From a virus, in IMG/VR virus record IMGVR_UViG_3300047678_000431, positions 21,174-85,173 of that record: a stretch of 64,000 nt of DNA; one strand, given 5' to 3'. The position numbers were made by a program, and so were the translations under genes. Positions 1 to 9,291 of this stretch are shown here, in pieces (positions within the stretch are counted from its first letter, which is position 1; each line of letters begins with the position of its first letter). The notes under the pieces are model-generated. The model did not search any database, was not told the origin of the DNA, and was given only the letters and a program-made list of their open reading frames with translations.

Positions 1-56
1 TGCAAGCACCTATTCCGCAACTAAAAGAAGGCGCATTCCCTCGGTTTGTCGACGGA

Positions 57-395
57 ATGACCGGCGAAGAGTACATTGCCGCGCTCGCTGATGGAAATCC
101 CGGCGCCGTGGACGCAATAGTCAATATGGTGTCAATTACGCAAAAGGCGTTTCCGAATGCGCCCGGCGGGGCACTCTGCGGCGTTCTCTTGCTCGATGAT
201 TTTGGAATTTATGGTCCCGACATATGGCGGTTGTTCAAAGATTGGTCGGATCGAAACCCTGTGTATATGCTCGGGATATTGACGCTCGCAAAGGTCGGTT
301 TGTTGAAGATTGATCTTGACGCGAAAGGCCCGAACCTCGACAATTTACTCGAAGCAGTTCGTGAAGTGATCCCGGAATTTGCGGGTTTGCACTAA
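57..395 (+). CDS. Conserved phage hypothetical protein
   Basis: GNPGA...LDDFGIYG.DIW.LFKD pattern that I recognise from phage hypotheticals; heads a tightly packed gene chain. Confidence 0.7.
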   Translation: MTGEEYIAALADGNPGAVDAIVNMVSITQKAFPNAPGGALCGVLLLDDFGIYGPDIWRLFKDWSDRNPVYMLGILTLAKVGLLKIDLDAKGPNLDNLLEAVREVIPEFAGLH

Positions 396-397
396 TT

Positions 398-724
398 ATG
401 ACGGAACCGAATTCAATAGATGATCAATTCGAGCGCGAACTCGCAAAAATGATTCCTATTGTCGATGCTCTTCAAAAGATCGAACAATATGCCGAACAAG
501 AAAACAATCATTTCCTCGCGGCGGTTTTTTATCTCATTCGCTGCGGTGATTGCGAAGCAGCGCAAAAGGCGATTGCACTAATGGAGTTAGCGGACGATTT
601 TTCCGGGGAGCCGCCGCATTCCGAAACATACCGAAAAAATCTTATTGATCAACGCGATGAACTCACGCGTGATCGCATCCCGATTTTCGGGATACTCATG
701 TTCGAGGGCGAAGGTCGTGTATAA
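398..724 (+). CDS. Hypothetical protein
   Basis: 108 aa ORF packed between neighbours. Confidence 0.65.
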   Translation: MTEPNSIDDQFERELAKMIPIVDALQKIEQYAEQENNHFLAAVFYLIRCGDCEAAQKAIALMELADDFSGEPPHSETYRKNLIDQRDELTRDRIPIFGILMFEGEGRV

Positions 725-1024
725 GTGAAGTCACCGTTTACGCGCGAAGAAGTTGACACTCGAAGCATCCACATCGAAACGCTTTATTCTCTCGAAAAGG
801 GCAAAGGTTTTGTCGGTATTCTTTGGGGCGATAATGTCGCGCAATTAACACCGAACGAAGCGCGCGAACACGCATTGAAAATCATTGAAGCCGCAAGCGT
901 TGCCGAACAAGACGACATCACAATGAAATGGTTGCAGCAACGTGTCGGCGTTGACGATATGGACGCCGCGCGAATGTTGCAAGACCTTCGCGCCATTCGC
1001 ACCGGCATACGCGAGAAGGAATGA
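725..1024 (+). CDS. Hypothetical protein
   Basis: GTG start abutting previous stop; ATGA overlap with next ORF. Confidence 0.7.
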   Translation: MKSPFTREEVDTRSIHIETLYSLEKGKGFVGILWGDNVAQLTPNEAREHALKIIEAASVAEQDDITMKWLQQRVGVDDMDAARMLQDLRAIRTGIREKE

Positions 1025-1149
1025 ATCGCGTACAAAAAATTTGCGTTTGCATCATGATATGGTGCGCGATCATGTTTTGTTGGTCGGCGATGATGTGCAT
1101 GCGATCTCTCGTGTTATTGCAACACGAGTCGCTCCTTCACGAAAAATAG
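1021..1149 (+). CDS. Small hydrophobic/membrane peptide (42 aa, not in ORF track)
   Basis: MNRVQKICVCIMIWCAIMFCWSAMMCMRSLVLLQHESLLHEK; ATGA-coupled to upstream gene. Confidence 0.5.
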   Translation: MNRVQKICVCIMIWCAIMFCWSAMMCMRSLVLLQHESLLHEK

Positions 1150-1227
1150 AAAACGCCCTTAATCTTTTTTCCTAATTGCCGATAGCTTTTAGAAGAGAAC
1201 CGCAATAAGTTCTTCACTGCTTAGGAT

Positions 1228-1470
1228 ATGGGAGATTCGTACATCATGGCCTCGACAATGACACCCGATCGCACGACGATGAAATTCTCGATAAACGTCG
1301 GGACGGACGTCGGTTCGATCGTTCGCAACGCGGCATTCCACATGCGTCTTTCCGAGAGTTCGATTTTTGAAGTCGCGCTCAAACAGATTTTTCACGGTAA
1401 GACCGAGGCGCAACTCGAGAAGTTTTTGCGCGACAATGGTGCATCGTTGCGCCGAAATGCGCAGGGTTAA
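1228..1470 (+). CDS. Putative ribbon-helix-helix DNA-binding protein
   Basis: Beta-strand KFSINV followed by two helices (MRLSESSIFEVALKQIF). Confidence 0.55.
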   Translation: MGDSYIMASTMTPDRTTMKFSINVGTDVGSIVRNAAFHMRLSESSIFEVALKQIFHGKTEAQLEKFLRDNGASLRRNAQG

Positions 1471-1473
1471 ACG

Positions 1474-1932
1474 ATGAGCCGGTTCGATGATGGTGATTAT
1501 GACACCGACGACTATGGTGAATTGCGCATGTATGGATGGGAAAACGCAACGAACCGCGCGTTTAACGGAAAGCGCGGCCTCGTCGTGTTGCAAGAGATGG
1601 AACGCGCGCTCCTTGCGTTGCCCCAACCTCGTTTGATTGCGAATTATGTCGCCCATGAGGGTGAAGTCTGCGCGGTTGGCGCTTTTGCAAAATACAAAGG
1701 CGTCGACCTCGCGGAATTTGAGGCACTAGATGAAGACGAAGCCGATTCAAACGATACAGCAAATCTCGGCATTCGTGCCGGTATGCAACGCACAATCGCA
1801 TGGACGCTCGCACATATGAACGATGAAGTTTGTTCGAGAAAAACGCCGGAAGAACGATTCGAATATGTTCTTGGATATGTGCGCAGCATGATTCTACAGA
1901 ATCCGCATCATCTTTCGCCGGTAGACGCGTGA
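1474..1932 (+). CDS. Conserved phage hypothetical protein
   Basis: GKRG...LP.PRLI...GEVCAVGA...ND...TPEERF pattern typical of a phage family. Confidence 0.7.
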   Translation: MSRFDDGDYDTDDYGELRMYGWENATNRAFNGKRGLVVLQEMERALLALPQPRLIANYVAHEGEVCAVGAFAKYKGVDLAEFEALDEDEADSNDTANLGIRAGMQRTIAWTLAHMNDEVCSRKTPEERFEYVLGYVRSMILQNPHHLSPVDA

Positions 1933-3212
1933 TGTTCGCATTTGCACCGATCCTCGCAACCCTTATCGCCGGTCAATCGGCGTTTGGATATTCGCAGTCG
2001 ATCGGTGAGAATATTCACATCGACGACCCGGTTGGTCAGTGGCAAAATTATGATTTCATCGAGCGCCTTCTGATCGGCATGGGCGTGCGATCGGTGCGTT
2101 CAAGTCTCACGATCCTTCCGGGTCCATCGAACGCATATGCTTCGTTCATGACAAAACTCGCCGCCGATGGCATCACATCCGATAATATTGTCGGGCCGAA
2201 TATCACGACGACGGCGCAGATTCAAACGCTTTTGAGTTATGCGCCGGGCGTGATCTCGCTTGAAGGGCCGAACGAGCAGGACATCTGCTGCAACGATTCC
2301 GCGTGGATTGCGCACGATCAGGCGACGACCGCCGCGATGGCGCCGATACACGGAGAGAATCCGGCGATGACCATCATCGCACCGTCGGTCGCAAGCAACG
2401 ATCCGGCCCTTCTCGGCAATCTCGCCGGTGAAGTGCAATCGGGCAACATGCATCCGTATCGCGGATCGTTTATTCCTGAATCGCTCGGGTGGGGCGGTGT
2501 TTTTTACGGACAAGTGTACGGGAGTCTCGCATATAATATTGCGGCCGCGCAACGCAGCGCCGTCGGCCTGCCGGTCATATCAACGGAAGAAAGTTACACG
2601 ACCGGGACGGTGTCCGAATCGACGCAAGCATCGTACGACGAACGGTTCACCCTTTGGGCGTACATGCACGGCATTTTGAAGCAATATCTGTATGATCTCC
2701 TCGATGATAGCGAGAGCTTCGGGGTCGCGCGTCTTGACGGTAGCTTGAAGCCGTCGGCGTACGGATTGCAGGGACTTTTCAGGATTCTTGCCGACTCGCA
2801 ACCCGCCTCCGGTATGTGTTCTCTCGACGTGAGTATCACGACGACGGTGCCCTATGATGCTCTTCTTCTCTGCAAGAGTAATGGCGAGCAAGATCTCGTT
2901 CTCTGGCAACCCGCACAACTGCAAGATCCGCAAACCCTCGCGTCAACTCCGGCCACGCCCGCGCCGGTCACGGTTACCGCAAACACAACGGGACCGGCGA
3001 TCGTCTATCTTCAATCGGCATCCTATCAATGGTCAAATGCAGTGCCGACGTCAAGTGGTAACGTGTCCGGCCGACTCACCGAGCGTCCCTTGATCATTGC
3101 GTTTCATGCGGCTTCTCCCGTCGTGATTCCGCCGTTGCCGATCATGGGCACGGGGTTGATCCACGGGCACCCGATACCACCCGGCCGCATCCACGTATCG
3201 CCGGGGGCTTGA
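1932..3212 (+). CDS. Secreted glycoside hydrolase, clan GH-A (GH5/GH39-like)
   Basis: EGPNE acid/base motif, NMHPY, PVISTEESY nucleophile motif; hydrophobic N-terminus; ATG overlaps upstream TGA. Confidence 0.75.
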   Translation: MFAFAPILATLIAGQSAFGYSQSIGENIHIDDPVGQWQNYDFIERLLIGMGVRSVRSSLTILPGPSNAYASFMTKLAADGITSDNIVGPNITTTAQIQTLLSYAPGVISLEGPNEQDICCNDSAWIAHDQATTAAMAPIHGENPAMTIIAPSVASNDPALLGNLAGEVQSGNMHPYRGSFIPESLGWGGVFYGQVYGSLAYNIAAAQRSAVGLPVISTEESYTTGTVSESTQASYDERFTLWAYMHGILKQYLYDLLDDSESFGVARLDGSLKPSAYGLQGLFRILADSQPASGMCSLDVSITTTVPYDALLLCKSNGEQDLVLWQPAQLQDPQTLASTPATPAPVTVTANTTGPAIVYLQSASYQWSNAVPTSSGNVSGRLTERPLIIAFHAASPVVIPPLPIMGTGLIHGHPIPPGRIHVSPGA

Positions 3213-3246
3213 AAGATCGCGCCCGTGCGCGGCTAAGAATGAAAAC

Positions 3247-3486
3247 ATGAAGAATCCGTTTGATTTCCACAAGCCGACGAGTGAAAGCAAAAAGAAAATG
3301 CAATCTATACGCGTGAGGTGTGTCGGATTGCATAAAGCTCTTTTAGAGCATGTTCCCGAGTCGCGAGAACGTAGTCTTGCGATTACGAATCTTGAGCAGG
3401 CGGCGATGTGGGCAAATAAGGCGATCGCGTTTAATCAACCCGAAGAGGTGGTCGAGGTTTCCCCGGATTCCCCGGTGTCAACCTAA
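3247..3486 (+). CDS. Acb2/Tad1-like helical hairpin protein (putative cyclic-nucleotide sponge, anti-defence)
   Basis: SRERSLAITNLEQAAMWANKAIA motif; 79 aa. Confidence 0.7.
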   Translation: MKNPFDFHKPTSESKKKMQSIRVRCVGLHKALLEHVPESRERSLAITNLEQAAMWANKAIAFNQPEEVVEVSPDSPVST

Positions 3487-3675
3487 CCCGTTTCGCTGCA
3501 TCGCTTCGACCTGTTCGCGGACGGTCGTATATTGCTCGCCGGGGCCGTATCGCCACACGTAGCCGGTGACGATCGACTTCTTGCACCGATAGATGTCGAA
3601 CTGACCGTCACGCTTCACGAATTTGCAACACTGATCGCTTGGGTATCGCGGCCCGGCGTCTTTCTCCGTCAGCAT
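3478..3675 (-). CDS. Hypothetical protein
   Basis: End of a coupled minus-strand chain. Confidence 0.55.
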   Translation of the reverse strand: MLTEKDAGPRYPSDQCCKFVKRDGQFDIYRCKKSIVTGYVWRYGPGEQYTTVREQVEAMQRNGLG

Positions 3676-3918
3676 TTAGGGCGGATACCGCCGGGCGGTC
3701 TTTCCTTCGCAATTTCCGCGCAAGGCCGCACGCTTGCAATGCGTGCGAATGGCGGTTCGCGGCCGGATATGCCGCGCGCTTCGGTGAGATCGCGGCGCGC
3801 TGCACATGCGCGAATCGGGTATCTTCGGTGACGAGATTGCAAGGATAGGGGTCGAGCGTTGTGACATACGCAGGATTCTCCGATCGCTGGCGGCCCGTAC
3901 GGCGATGATGTCGATCAT
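3676..3918 (-). CDS. Hypothetical basic protein
   Basis: ATGA overlap upstream and stop abutting next ATG, but atypical composition. Confidence 0.35.
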   Translation of the reverse strand: MIDIIAVRAASDRRILRMSQRSTPILAISSPKIPDSRMCSAPRSHRSARHIRPRTAIRTHCKRAALRGNCEGKTARRYPP

Positions 3919-4244
3919 GTCGACGCGGAAGGTTTTTCCTTTCTCTTGCGTTCACTCCTTTCCGCAAATTCTTCAAGTACGCGATTCGGTATCGTATCAG
4001 CTGGCCGAAGGAAACACATCATGCACGTGTCGATGTCGCACAGGCTTCCGCGTTTGTCGACTTCTAGATAATGGGAGTAGGTTTTCGGGCTCACAAAATG
4101 TATGGGCGGTCGAGTCTCTTGGGGCGTCGTTAGGTATTCGATGGATTTTTCAAGGTCTTCGCGGGTAAGGGGTAAGGTTCTGAAATTGTTTTGAAATGTG
4201 TACGGATGCAACATCCCCTCGAACTGGTTCTCCGCATCGCTCAT
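3915..4244 (-). CDS. Hypothetical protein
   Basis: ATGA overlaps at both ends. Confidence 0.6.
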   Translation of the reverse strand: MSDAENQFEGMLHPYTFQNNFRTLPLTREDLEKSIEYLTTPQETRPPIHFVSPKTYSHYLEVDKRGSLCDIDTCMMCFLRPADTIPNRVLEEFAERSERKRKEKPSAST

Positions 4245-4618
4245 TCGTTTAACTCCATGCCTTTATCGTCGCATCGCGCAAGGAATCCGCCCTCACCGAA
4301 ATCAGCGGGATTACCATTATAATCGCAATTTAGATCGTGCTGCGCGGCCTCTTCGTCTTTGCATTGCATGCAGTCGATCGGGTTGCATCCGAAGCGCAAT
4401 TTGTGGAACGCAATCATGATGCGCGTCTCGATCATGTTGAATTTCTTCGCTTCGTTTGCGGTAATAATCCCCGCTCGTTTTTCCGAGAGGTTGTTCAGCG
4501 CCTCATTATGCAGTGATGGCATATAGTAGAGCGCGGTGAGCGTTGTCCCGAGCGCAAATCGGCGATAATCGCCATGCGTGATTGTTTCGGGTTCGGCATT
4601 GGCAATATCAAAGGCCAC
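4241..4618 (-). CDS. Hypothetical protein
   Basis: GTG start with AAGGGG RBS; Cys-rich C-terminus. Confidence 0.6.
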   Translation of the reverse strand: MAFDIANAEPETITHGDYRRFALGTTLTALYYMPSLHNEALNNLSEKRAGIITANEAKKFNMIETRIMIAFHKLRFGCNPIDCMQCKDEEAAQHDLNCDYNGNPADFGEGGFLARCDDKGMELNE

Positions 4619-4700
4619 GGGTACCCCTTTCAGGTGCGTTTTTTCTTTTTATCGTCCGATAGCTCAAAAAGAACACACCGTCTCGGAAGGACGCTCTCGC

Positions 4701-5618
4701 ATGAATCTCCGCCCGATCCTCGCTGATCTCCTCACGTTTATCGCCGAGGAAATCGGCAAAGTCGGCAGTGTGCTTCACACGCCGAAGAACGCCGTCACCC
4801 CTTCGCCTGTGAAGCACGTCATGAATGTGACGCCACCCGATCCCCTCGTCGTCGGGCCGTTTAAGAATACGCCCGCATTCCCGCTCGTGCATGGGACGAT
4901 TCCGCTGATCATTCCCGACCCCTCACGTATCGTGCAATCCGATCAACAAACGACGCTCGCGTACGCGATTCTCGCGCATAACTCGGCATTGCCATTCGGG
5001 CCGGACGGATTGGTTCCGAACCCGCTACGCGGCACGCCGCTCGATAACGGATCGGTCATTCATAAGATCGACTTCGCGACCGCAACAAAGATCGCGCAAG
5101 CGATCATCGCGACGACAAAGAATGAGATCGACCTCGTTTTCGCGATTGGTCAAATCGCCATCGAATCGGTTTTTGATCCCCTTGCGGAAAACGGCAACTT
5201 CCAAGGGTCGAACAAAGAGAAAACGCTCGATGGATACGATCTTGGTCTTTGCCAACTCAAAGACCGTTACGTCATCGGCGCGCACGTCACGAACCCGAAC
5301 GGCGTTCAGTGGATCGTGACAACGGCTGAAGAGGCCCGCACCGTTTCTCTCGACCCGGTCACGGCGCTTCCGATCTTCGTGCAGAAGCTCGCGGGCTTAT
5401 TAGCTTGGGCGGATAAGACGATCCCGCAACTTTCATCGAACATCAACCCGAAATTCAGAAACCGCTATTATCTCGCGGCCGGTGCATACAATTTCGGCGA
5501 GAACGGCGTTCTCTCGGAGATCGCAAGCGGTGGGGATCTTGCCCATTGCGCGCACGTCGCTTCCCTGTCGGGAAGTTTTGCCCGTATCCTTGCACTGCCG
5601 AACCCGTTCGCGCCGTAA
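4701..5618 (+). CDS. Lytic transglycosylase (SLT/lysozyme-like) domain protein
   Basis: IES catalytic Glu, GLCQL (GLMQ motif), AYNFG (AYNAG motif); GGAAGGA RBS. Confidence 0.75.
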   Translation: MNLRPILADLLTFIAEEIGKVGSVLHTPKNAVTPSPVKHVMNVTPPDPLVVGPFKNTPAFPLVHGTIPLIIPDPSRIVQSDQQTTLAYAILAHNSALPFGPDGLVPNPLRGTPLDNGSVIHKIDFATATKIAQAIIATTKNEIDLVFAIGQIAIESVFDPLAENGNFQGSNKEKTLDGYDLGLCQLKDRYVIGAHVTNPNGVQWIVTTAEEARTVSLDPVTALPIFVQKLAGLLAWADKTIPQLSSNINPKFRNRYYLAAGAYNFGENGVLSEIASGGDLAHCAHVASLSGSFARILALPNPFAP

Positions 5619-5629
5619 GGCCGGACGAC

Positions 5630-6583
5630 ATGGCGGACCTCTATGAAACGACCTTGCGGCTCGCGTGGACGAAGGATGAAGATACCCTTCTTCTCCTGGC
5701 CGCAAAGTCGTTACCGCGCAAAGATCTTGCGACGCTTTTTGAAAATCGGACGTTTGGGGCGTGCATTTCCCGATTGCAAAAGCTCAAGCACGGCGATCCG
5801 AAGCCGACTTCACGATGGTCGGCGGATGAGCAATCTATTCTGATCGAATCATATACGCACGGGGGCATTCAGGCCGCAAAATCGGCCCTTCCCGGCCGGT
5901 CGGCGTGGTCGATACAGTGCCGCCTGACTGCGCTACATTTGTACGAGAAAGTCCCGCCCGTGCCGAAAGAAGACCTCTGGACGATCGAGGAAGACATCGC
6001 GATCTCGATCGGATATAATACCGGCGGTTCGCGTGGGGCGCGGGAAGCGGTACCACACCGGACGCCCGGTGCGGTATCCGCGCGCATATCACTGCTCAAA
6101 TCGCGCGGCGTGACGATCAAATACGCCATGCACGCCCCGATTGAACACGTCGACGTATCGGTCGCCGTATCAGATCCTAAACCTGACGCGCCTACGATTG
6201 AAGATCCGCCGACCGAGCCAGGTTCGGTTCTGTATGATCTTCGCCGGAATCAACCCGCGACGAAATATCACGTATGGCGATCAGCTGCGCAGCCCGCTCG
6301 AGTGCCTCATGAGAATGATGCCGATCCGCAAGATCTTCCCGTCGAACGTGAGCCGCTTGCGGAATCGGGTCAGTCGAGCGTTATTGATCGCCTATCCGAT
6401 CCGCGATGCGCGGAACACATGGAATATATTCGACGTCGATTGCAGTATCTGATCAGTTCGCTCGCCGTCCAACTCGATTGGCGGCCGGTCGTGATCGCGC
6501 GCGCGGTTCAGGTGATTGCGGCGCGGAATTTCCGCCAAGAGATCCCGATCCTTGACCGAAAAGCGTCGATCGAGAACCGTTAA
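5630..6583 (+). CDS. Myb/SANT-like repeat DNA-binding protein
   Basis: Three W[TS]xxE[DQ] repeats: WTKDED, WSADEQ, WTIEED. Confidence 0.65.
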   Translation: MADLYETTLRLAWTKDEDTLLLLAAKSLPRKDLATLFENRTFGACISRLQKLKHGDPKPTSRWSADEQSILIESYTHGGIQAAKSALPGRSAWSIQCRLTALHLYEKVPPVPKEDLWTIEEDIAISIGYNTGGSRGAREAVPHRTPGAVSARISLLKSRGVTIKYAMHAPIEHVDVSVAVSDPKPDAPTIEDPPTEPGSVLYDLRRNQPATKYHVWRSAAQPARVPHENDADPQDLPVEREPLAESGQSSVIDRLSDPRCAEHMEYIRRRLQYLISSLAVQLDWRPVVIARAVQVIAARNFRQEIPILDRKASIENR

Positions 6584-6777
6584 GGATTCCTTGACAGTTG
6601 CCGCTCGGCGCGCTTCTTCTCGCGTGATCGTTTTCTGCGCGCGGCGCCCTTCTTGGAACACTCGGCGCAATACCCGCTCGGCGTGGTCGCCGGAACCTGG
6701 CAACAGTCACGGCAATGGCCTTTTTCCTCGGCTTTTGCGCGGTACACCCTCTGATGGATTGCTTGTTTTCCTGGCAT
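6580..6777 (-). CDS. Small zinc-finger protein
   Basis: CRDC...CAEC followed by basic helix; GGAG RBS. Confidence 0.6.
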   Translation of the reverse strand: MPGKQAIHQRVYRAKAEEKGHCRDCCQVPATTPSGYCAECSKKGAARRKRSREKKRAERQLSRNP

Positions 6778-6838
6778 AACTCCCCCGATCCGTCGATTGC
6801 CTGCTCCTATTGTACGCCTCGGAGAGAATGGATGCAAT

Positions 6839-7108
6839 TCATCGACCGTCAATCTTCAGACAAAAGGACGGCCGACGACGCGAACTCACGCAACTCGAAT
6901 CGGACGCCGGGGCTTGCCCCAAAGACGGCCGCAACTGTTCAAAGATCTTTTCGCCGAGTGATCGACTCGTGACGATGACCGGGGACGGGCCGCCGAGGCC
7001 AAGATCAAAAGCGGGGATACCTTCTCCGAGTTTGGGATCGACCGCGATGATCGCATAGAGTTTTTTGGCACTCTGGCCGGGTTGAATGCCGTCGAGGGGC
7101 GAGGTCAT
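6839..7108 (-). CDS. Hypothetical protein (possible frameshift near 3' end)
   Basis: ATGA-coupled start; C-terminal reading looks off-frame. Confidence 0.5.
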   Translation of the reverse strand: MTSPLDGIQPGQSAKKLYAIIAVDPKLGEGIPAFDLGLGGPSPVIVTSRSLGEKIFEQLRPSLGQAPASDSSCVSSRRRPSFCLKIDGR

Positions 7109-7461
7109 GGGTGAAGATATTCCTTTCGCGCGTCGCCGTTTGGTCGGCGTCGATGCGTCGTCGGGTTTCGATGCCATCCGTCGGGCTCGCGTTGTTCAGG
7201 GTAATTCCACGTATTCAGGGCGACGAGGGCCTTAAAGACGTTCGCATAGTCGAACATATCATCGTAAACGCCCCATGTGGTCCCGGGGCGTACCACGCAA
7301 AGGCGCGCAACGTCGTAGGACATTGATTCGATATAGAGTACCGTACCGTCGGCGAACTCGCGCGAGGCGACCGATTGCGGCACGATTCCAGGCGTTTGCA
7401 GGATGGACCCGTCGTCGAGCGTCTCGCGCTCACCGGGTTCTTTCTCTCCCCACGCTACCAC
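7105..7461 (-). CDS. Phage hypothetical protein
   Basis: EPDGWHRNPTTHRRRPNGD motif; overlaps both neighbours. Confidence 0.65.
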   Translation of the reverse strand: MVAWGEKEPGERETLDDGSILQTPGIVPQSVASREFADGTVLYIESMSYDVARLCVVRPGTTWGVYDDMFDYANVFKALVALNTWNYPEQREPDGWHRNPTTHRRRPNGDARKEYLHP

Positions 7462-7949
7462 GAGACGGTGAAGATCTTCTTGCCGAGATGCGCATCGAGA
7501 AACGCCGCAACGTTTGTCACCTGGGCGACGCTATACATGCTCGATCCGTGTGGTTGATTAAAGGCGGCGAGAATTTGATTTCGCAATTCCGGCGTGAGTT
7601 CGGGATGAGGATAGTCGGGAATGAGGTCGTGAATTCGCTGTACGGGCGCCGGGATGAAGGCGCTTTCTTGGTCCTCTTCGTTTTCGAAAAGGGCTGATTT
7701 TAACCAAGAGACTTCCCCGACCCATACGCTCGGCGTTTCCGCAAACTTCTTGAATGTATCAAGATCGTCTCGGGCACCTGTCGAGAGAATATGCAACCGG
7801 TTGGTTCGATTTAACATCTCTTGAGGTGAATCATTCGGCGTGCCGAGCCCGCAGAAGTAATGCGATCCGAGTGAATTCCCGAGAAAGAGAAGAAAGTCGT
7901 CTTCGGTTAGATCTTCGGTTACGACGTGAATGTGGAGATCGGCGGACAT
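7455..7949 (-). CDS. Hypothetical protein
   Basis: MSADLHIHV start; protein-like composition. Confidence 0.65.
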   Translation of the reverse strand: MSADLHIHVVTEDLTEDDFLLFLGNSLGSHYFCGLGTPNDSPQEMLNRTNRLHILSTGARDDLDTFKKFAETPSVWVGEVSWLKSALFENEEDQESAFIPAPVQRIHDLIPDYPHPELTPELRNQILAAFNQPHGSSMYSVAQVTNVAAFLDAHLGKKIFTVSW

Positions 7950-8005
7950 ATGCAACCGGCCTTTCGTCGATGGGATCAAGATCCTTGCGCCCGTCGGTCC
8001 TGTTT

Positions 8006-8590
8006 CTAGAAGTCTCCGGGGGCGACTTGGCAACAGAGAAACCCTTGCGATCTCCAAAGATCGACAACGGAATCCCGATCGTCAAAAAAACAGAGGATGC
8101 GATCGCGATCCTCGGTGAGCATATTGTTCAACCATTCGCGTTTGATCTCTACGTCCGGGCGAAAATCTTTGTGATCGCGCATCATAAACAGATCGAAATG
8201 AATGTCGTGCATTGCTAACCAGGCAAGCGTTTGCGACTTGACCTCATCACTTCGCCCCGACCATATCCAAACCTCGACGCCTTGACGTTTGAGGATATGG
8301 AAGATTTCAATGAGTTTGATATTCGGGGTATCGCGCGTGTATGCGAGGTAGAAATTGCTCCATCGCGTGTCGTCATCGACGCCTTCTTCATCAAGGAGAT
8401 GTCTACGATGCGTGACATCCGCGAGCGTGCCGTCGAGATCAAAGATGACGATCGGTCGACGTAATCCTTGGCAATCATAATGATTCGGGATTGATTGTTT
8501 CGCAGCGATCTTGAGAAGATCTCGCTCATGACGCAAGAGATTTAACTCGTTTCGGAGTCGGGCGTTCTCATCTTTAAGGGGTTCAATCAT
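8006..8590 (-). CDS. HAD-family phosphatase (PNKP 3'-phosphatase-like)
   Basis: FDLDGTL, WSGR, RPDVEIK and FDDR HAD motifs. Confidence 0.85.
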   Translation of the reverse strand: MIEPLKDENARLRNELNLLRHERDLLKIAAKQSIPNHYDCQGLRRPIVIFDLDGTLADVTHRRHLLDEEGVDDDTRWSNFYLAYTRDTPNIKLIEIFHILKRQGVEVWIWSGRSDEVKSQTLAWLAMHDIHFDLFMMRDHKDFRPDVEIKREWLNNMLTEDRDRILCFFDDRDSVVDLWRSQGFLCCQVAPGDF

Positions 8591-8858
8591 TCGAAAGATT
8601 CCTTTCGCATTGTTCAAGAATCTCGTCGATAGTTAAACACGTTTCGTTTGGCCCTGCGCGATTGAATTTCACGTATGACGCATCATCGCAATCGACTGCA
8701 CTTGTGCCTTTCTCAATTACCCTCGCGATTCGAGGATCAGTTGAATACGGCGGGGGCGTCCATCTCTTGCATGAAACGGGAGCGTCGCAGATTGACGACC
8801 ATTCTAATAGATATGACCGGCCGTCGGAGTGCGTCAGATGAACGAGGGTTCTACCCAT
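8583..8858 (-). CDS. Phage hypothetical protein
   Basis: YLLEWSSICDAP...NRAGPNE pattern; overlaps both neighbours. Confidence 0.6.
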   Translation of the reverse strand: MGRTLVHLTHSDGRSYLLEWSSICDAPVSCKRWTPPPYSTDPRIARVIEKGTSAVDCDDASYVKFNRAGPNETCLTIDEILEQCERNLSND

Positions 8859-9291
8859 TCGATTCGCGCATTCTCTTTGAAATTTCTCGCTCGATATACC
8901 ATCGAGCCTTTTGCAAGTCTTCGATGTCCTTGCCTTTTTCGTCAGCGCGCCAGATATATTTGATCGCATTTCCGATATTGAATCCCATATGTTCTGTAAT
9001 GTCGATGCATTCAACGCCGCTCGGATGCGTATTGTAATGCTTCGGATGATGGATTTTCTCACCCTCGGGATTGCATCGGTGCGCTTCATGTGAATCGTAC
9101 CCGGCGCCGCACTCATCGCATCGTTTGGTAGTTAACGGAGAAACTCTATTTGACTTTTGCGCATCTTTGATCGGCGGCTTCCGAATCGAATCAAAGTACT
9201 CTTCGCAATTATGATCATTTTCCAAAACAGAGACGTAAGGTCCGCCGCACCTCATGCATCGCACGGCGCCTTTGACGAATGCTTCAGTCAT
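8851..9291 (-). CDS. DUF3310 family protein (T7 gp1.7/SaV-like)
   Basis: HPKHY...ECID...GNAIKYIWRA..KG..EDLQKARWY. Confidence 0.88.
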   Translation of the reverse strand: MTEAFVKGAVRCMRCGGPYVSVLENDHNCEEYFDSIRKPPIKDAQKSNRVSPLTTKRCDECGAGYDSHEAHRCNPEGEKIHHPKHYNTHPSGVECIDITEHMGFNIGNAIKYIWRADEKGKDIEDLQKARWYIEREISKRMRESNG

